Below are positions 59,706-64,000 of a stretch of 64,000 nt of DNA, in pieces. Source of the stretch: an uncultured virus (IMG/VR IMGVR_UViG_3300037225_000744) (taxonomy: Duplodnaviria; Heunggongvirae; Uroviricota; Caudoviricetes); the IMG/VR virus record IMGVR_UViG_3300037225_000744. The stretch is one strand, 5' to 3'. The stretch's first letter is position 1, and each line of letters begins with the position of its first letter. The translations under genes and the position numbers were made by a program. The notes beneath the pieces were generated by a model, which worked only from the letters and a program-made list of their open reading frames with translations, was not told the origin of the DNA and ran no database searches.

Positions 59706-61802
59706 ATGGCAGATACTATAAATCAAGATGAATTACAAAATATACAAAGATTAGCAAAAAGAGCTGAGTTTAGAAATAAACCTTTAAAGTCTTTAATGAA
59801 GATGTTTAAAGTAGGGTTAAACAAAGATCATTCAGCTTCTTATGATAAAGTATTAAGACCATTAGATAAGAATGGTAAAATAGAACCTTTTCCAAATAAT
59901 GTAGAAAAATTTTGGAAATATTGGATGTCTAATTGCCACGATGATATCGAATCCTTTAAAAATATGGTTCAGCTTTGGCAAGACATGGATATGCTATATA
60001 TTAATAGCCCTATTATGTCTAAAGCAATGAATATATTATCAGATGAAACAGTGCAAGCAGATGTTAATATGAATTGTATTGGTGTTGAAGCAGAAAAGAA
60101 ACAAAAAGACTTTATTCTTAATTTTTTTGATGAAATAAATATATATTCTTATATAAGACCTTTAGCGTTAGAAATAATAAAATTTGGTAATGCAGGAGTG
60201 GTATTATCTTTAGATAAAGGTATTAAAGAATTTATTCCTATCAATATTTATGATTTTAAATCTGTATTAGAATTTACTCCTTATCAAGTACAACAAAAAA
60301 TGGAAAAAAGAGATAAATTCTTTATGGATTATTCTGCAAGAGATAGAATAGATCATTTACTTAAATCTATTTTAAATAAAGAAAATTATGCATCTTATTT
60401 TAAAGATTATGTAATAGGATATCAGGTGGGAGATTATGTTCTTCCCCCTTGGAGGTTTATTCATTTTAAAAATAGAACAACAGGTAGCCCATTTAAGCCT
60501 TTTGGTACACCTTTATATTTACATTCTGTTGCCCCCTATAGACAATATGATGCAGCTATGACTCTTCAAGTAGTTGCAAGGGGATGTAGATTTCCTATGA
60601 ACGTGTATAAAATAAATGCACCTAATATTGTTGACCCTGTAAGTAAAGCAAATTATGTAACTGAATTTATAAGAGAATTCCAGAATTCAGGTATAAATGA
60701 TACAAGAAAACAAAACACAGGAGTAGGGGAAGAAATATTTACAATTAAAGATTTATTTGAATTTGAACAAATAACTCCTCAAATAGATTTAGGAAAAATT
60801 GATGATATTGAAATGTTAAAAAATGATTTAGTTATTTCTAGTTTCGTTCCTAAATTTTTAGTTGACCCTACTGATAACGGTTTTGGTGAAGGAGGACAAT
60901 CTTTAGCTCAGAAATTCAAACCATTTCAGAGATTAGTTTTTTCAGTTCAAACAATTATATTAGATGGGTTAACCCAGGTATGCAAAATTCATATGATTGA
61001 ATCTGGTGAATTCGCAACTGATGAAATTGATTTTCAATTAACTATGCCTTATCCTGAATCCCAAGTGGATAAAGACATTATAGATAATCAAAAAGATTTA
61101 TTAGATTTGAGTAATGCTATTTTGGATTCTATTAGTCAAAGAATATTAGGTGGTCAAGAAGTACCAGAAGAAATTATTAAATCTGTATATTATCAAATAA
61201 TGCCTTATGATCAAAAAAGAATTGATACTTGGTTCAAAGCAAAACAAATGGCGAAGAAAGAAGGTGAGCAAGGGTCTAATAGTTTTGCTACAAGTTTTGA
61301 ATCTATACCCAAAGAAGATTCAGAAGGTGATTTAGCTTATAGAGATGATATAAAAGATTTTTCTAATATACATGCAGCTTCTAGTAAACATTCTAGTAGT
61401 GTATATGAATCATACAATACATTTAAATTAGTTGAAAAGAAATTAAATGAAAATAGGGAAGAAAAAATAAATTTAACTGAAGAAATTAAAAAATCTATAT
61501 TCGAAATTACTCAAAAGAAAATAAGAAATAATTCTTTTAATAAAAAACATATTTATAGTTCTCATAATAAATATGAAGATTTTAATGCCCTATTATTGAG
61601 TGAATGGGTTATAAATGAATTTGAAAATAATGATAAAGATGGGAAGAAACAATTAAAAGAAGAAGTAGGATATGAAGAAGAAGAAAAAGAGGTTTTAGAA
61701 GAAGAAGAAAAAGAAGTAAGTTACAAACACGGTAGGTATATCGAAAAATATAAATTTTCTTTTGAATCAGAAAATGATTTAAAAGAATCAATTGATTCTT
61801 AA
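59706..61802 (+). CDS. Portal protein, T4 gp20-like, with long acidic tail
   Basis: AMNILSDE, IKFGN, FIHF, PFGTPL, VYKI, LGKIDDIEML...VPKF. Confidence 0.8.
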   Translation: MADTINQDELQNIQRLAKRAEFRNKPLKSLMKMFKVGLNKDHSASYDKVLRPLDKNGKIEPFPNNVEKFWKYWMSNCHDDIESFKNMVQLWQDMDMLYINSPIMSKAMNILSDETVQADVNMNCIGVEAEKKQKDFILNFFDEINIYSYIRPLALEIIKFGNAGVVLSLDKGIKEFIPINIYDFKSVLEFTPYQVQQKMEKRDKFFMDYSARDRIDHLLKSILNKENYASYFKDYVIGYQVGDYVLPPWRFIHFKNRTTGSPFKPFGTPLYLHSVAPYRQYDAAMTLQVVARGCRFPMNVYKINAPNIVDPVSKANYVTEFIREFQNSGINDTRKQNTGVGEEIFTIKDLFEFEQITPQIDLGKIDDIEMLKNDLVISSFVPKFLVDPTDNGFGEGGQSLAQKFKPFQRLVFSVQTIILDGLTQVCKIHMIESGEFATDEIDFQLTMPYPESQVDKDIIDNQKDLLDLSNAILDSISQRILGGQEVPEEIIKSVYYQIMPYDQKRIDTWFKAKQMAKKEGEQGSNSFATSFESIPKEDSEGDLAYRDDIKDFSNIHAASSKHSSSVYESYNTFKLVEKKLNENREEKINLTEEIKKSIFEITQKKIRNNSFNKKHIYSSHNKYEDFNALLLSEWVINEFENNDKDGKKQLKEEVGYEEEEKEVLEEEEKEVSYKHGRYIEKYKFSFESENDLKESIDS

Positions 61803-61819
61803 GAGAAAAAAGAGGAATT

Positions 61820-62134
61820 ATGTTAAATTATTTAAAATGGTTTTTTAATAAAGAAAGTTGGACTCTTAAAGAGGTGTGTAATCAATTTGTACATCTTATT
61901 ATATCTTTATTTGTATCTACTATATCTATGCTTATTTTTAAAGAATTATATTTATCTATAATACTTGGAATTTTAATAGGAGCTATAATTGAATATTATC
62001 AATATCAATTTAAAAATGAAAAAGATATAATGCAAATCTATGATCATTTTAGAGATTTTAGTTTTTATTGCTTAGGTTCTACAATATTCATTCTAATGTT
62101 AATTACTAAAATATTTTTTATTATTTTTATTTAA
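61820..62134 (+). CDS. Small multi-pass membrane protein
   Basis: Three hydrophobic segments. Confidence 0.6.
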   Translation: MLNYLKWFFNKESWTLKEVCNQFVHLIISLFVSTISMLIFKELYLSIILGILIGAIIEYYQYQFKNEKDIMQIYDHFRDFSFYCLGSTIFILMLITKIFFIIFI

Positions 62135-62388
62135 TTTTTTTATATATTATAATATAAGGAGGATTATGGAAACTAATGAATTAAAACAAGATGTTCAAGC
62201 TACATTACTTTATGAGGTCGATAACCGAAAAATATCCTTAGATGAACTCACTGGGATGCTCCAAGATCCAAAAATTAAGCTTGTGAAGCTTACAGAAAAT
62301 ACATACAAGACTCTACAAAGATTATATGGGTGATAATATTATTTCTTTTTGTTAGCTAAAAGTAAAAAATTAATTCAAGGAGAAAAAT

Positions 62389-62769
62389 TTGAGTAAATAT
62401 ATATTAAATTTATCAGAAGAAGAAAAAGATTTTTTACAAAAAATAGTTGCTATATCAGGAAAAGATACTCAAACAGTAAAAGAAATATTTAAAGCTCTTT
62501 TGAAAACTATTTATATGAGTGTGTATGCAGATAAGCATAAAGTTTATATACCTTATATATGTAGTTTAGATATAAGTTATTTTGATCAATCATCTGTATC
62601 TAAAGGAATATTAACTAAGGTTGAGATGCAAGCAGAAGCTTCAACATCCTTAAAAAATGAAATAAGTGCTATTGTAAATGGAGAGGATGCTCCTACTCTT
62701 AAATATGTAAATAAAAAAATAACAGAAGTTATCTATAAAAAAGCAGGTATTGACGTAGGTGACAATTAG
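62389..62769 (+). CDS. HU/IHF-like DNA-binding protein (divergent)
   Basis: FLQKIVAISG...TVKEIFKALL...KVYIPYICSL pattern. Confidence 0.45.
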   Translation: MSKYILNLSEEEKDFLQKIVAISGKDTQTVKEIFKALLKTIYMSVYADKHKVYIPYICSLDISYFDQSSVSKGILTKVEMQAEASTSLKNEISAIVNGEDAPTLKYVNKKITEVIYKKAGIDVGDN

Positions 62770-63411
62770 GTATGAAATGGATATTATGTTATCAAACTCC
62801 TAATGATTCAGTTAAATTTCAAACTGATATATCTGATGAAATATCTTATTTGAAATATAAGGATTTTATAGGGTATGTATCTCAATATAGAATAAAAGAT
62901 CATGCTGGATTTATAGATATGTTAGATCATTTTTATACTTTATTCATTGATATAGAAAATCAAAAATGGTACAGATATCAACCTACTTTTGATACACCTA
63001 CATTTGAAGAATTGATAGCTTTAAATGACAAAGATAATAAGAAGAATTTAACTATATTAGATAAGGCTAAAGCATTTATTGATAATTTTGCAATAAGAAG
63101 AAAGGAAGAAAAATTTGGTAAAGTAGGAGAAAAAGACAATGTTCAGAAAGTTAGCCATAGGTGAAGAAGAAAAAGTTTATAGGCTAGATTCTATTGGTTT
63201 AGAAAATACTGAATTAGTTATAACAGAATCTAATAAATACATTTTAACAGAAGATGCTTATTTTCCATTTATGTCCATTCAAGATTTTCATTATGAAGAA
63301 AGTAATGCTATTATACATAATAGTGAAAATGATAAATTATTATTGACATCTGAGCAAATAGAAGCGATACTAAAAATATTTGAAAAAAATTAAAAAAATA
63401 CGAAAAAGTTG

Positions 63412-63507
63412 TTTACTTTTCTGTATATATGTATTATATTGTATATATAATTTTTTTATTAAAAAGTAGAAAAAATGCTTGACATTTTTCTATTAGTTTA
63501 CTATATT
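63412..63507 (+). promoter_or_regulatory. Tandem sigma70-type promoters
   Basis: TTTACT(63412)-17-TATATT(63435) and TTGACA(63479)-17-TATATT(63502). Confidence 0.75.
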
Positions 63508-63537
63508 ATATATAGATATTAAAAAAGGAGAAAAATT

Positions 63538-63864
63538 ATGTATAAAAAAATATATGAAAAAGAAAAATTGATAGAGATGGCTCTTGTGGGGGTTATTAAT
63601 AATTTACAAGTACAAGTATATACTGATTATAACCCTCCTCATTTTCATTTACTTAAAAAAGATGAATACGAGGCAAGAATATTAATAAAAGGACAAAAAA
63701 TAATAGATTATAAGTTTCAAAAAAATAATAAAGAAGTATCATCAGATGAGTTTAAAAAATTAAAAAGTTGGTTATGTAATAAGAATAAAAAAGAGAAGAA
63801 AATTTCTAATTTAGATGCTGTTATATTCTCTTGGAATTTATTAAACTCAGATAAAGAAATTTAA
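63538..63864 (+). CDS. Tagged DUF4160-like protein (MYKKIYE)
   Basis: QVYTDYNPPHFH...LKSWL...W motif. Confidence 0.7.
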   Translation: MYKKIYEKEKLIEMALVGVINNLQVQVYTDYNPPHFHLLKKDEYEARILIKGQKIIDYKFQKNNKEVSSDEFKKLKSWLCNKNKKEKKISNLDAVIFSWNLLNSDKEI

Positions 63865-64000
63865 AAAAGGAGAAAAATTATGATTATTAAAACTTTAGAT
63901 GAAATGTACGACAAGTATCAAAAAGATTATTTAAGTAAATGTTTGAATTTTGGAGAATATATTCAAGTAATGAGCAAACTTTATTACATTTATTAAGGAG

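Noticed and set aside
1..64000. Stop-codon reassignment
   Set aside because: Conserved genes are full length in the standard code, and TAA, TAG and TGA all end genes
1..64000. tRNA or rRNA genes
   Set aside because: No cloverleaf or rRNA-like segment seen by eye; GC-richer patches are IS ends and omegaRNAs; tRNAscan was not run

Overview
Very AT-rich segment of a large T4-like tailed phage genome read with the standard code; no host housekeeping context is visible. The minus-strand arm (1-16.4 kb) carries recombination and replication genes: sliding clamp-like, SbcC/Rad50, RecA, ssDNA-binding protein and a free-standing endonuclease. The plus-strand arm (16.4-64 kb) carries a primase-polymerase-like gene, virion genes (gp20-like portal), an SNF2 helicase, a large nucleotide-sugar/glycosylation cluster, a split RNA ligase and host-interaction genes. 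The most striking feature is a set of eight otherwise unrelated proteins (ADP-ribosyltransferase-like, two zincins, transglutaminase-like, DUF4160-like and others) that share an N-terminal tag M(K/R)xY(K/R/N)(K/R)(I/L)(Y/F), usually followed by an acidic residue. This resembles a capsid-targeting signal for a packaged effector set. Nine transposase-less IS200/IS605 elements were mapped: four TnpB, two IscB, one omegaRNA-only element and two single-hairpin scars. Two recurrent phage promoter motifs and a candidate antisense sRNA were also found. All calls come from reading motifs by eye; no database searches were run.
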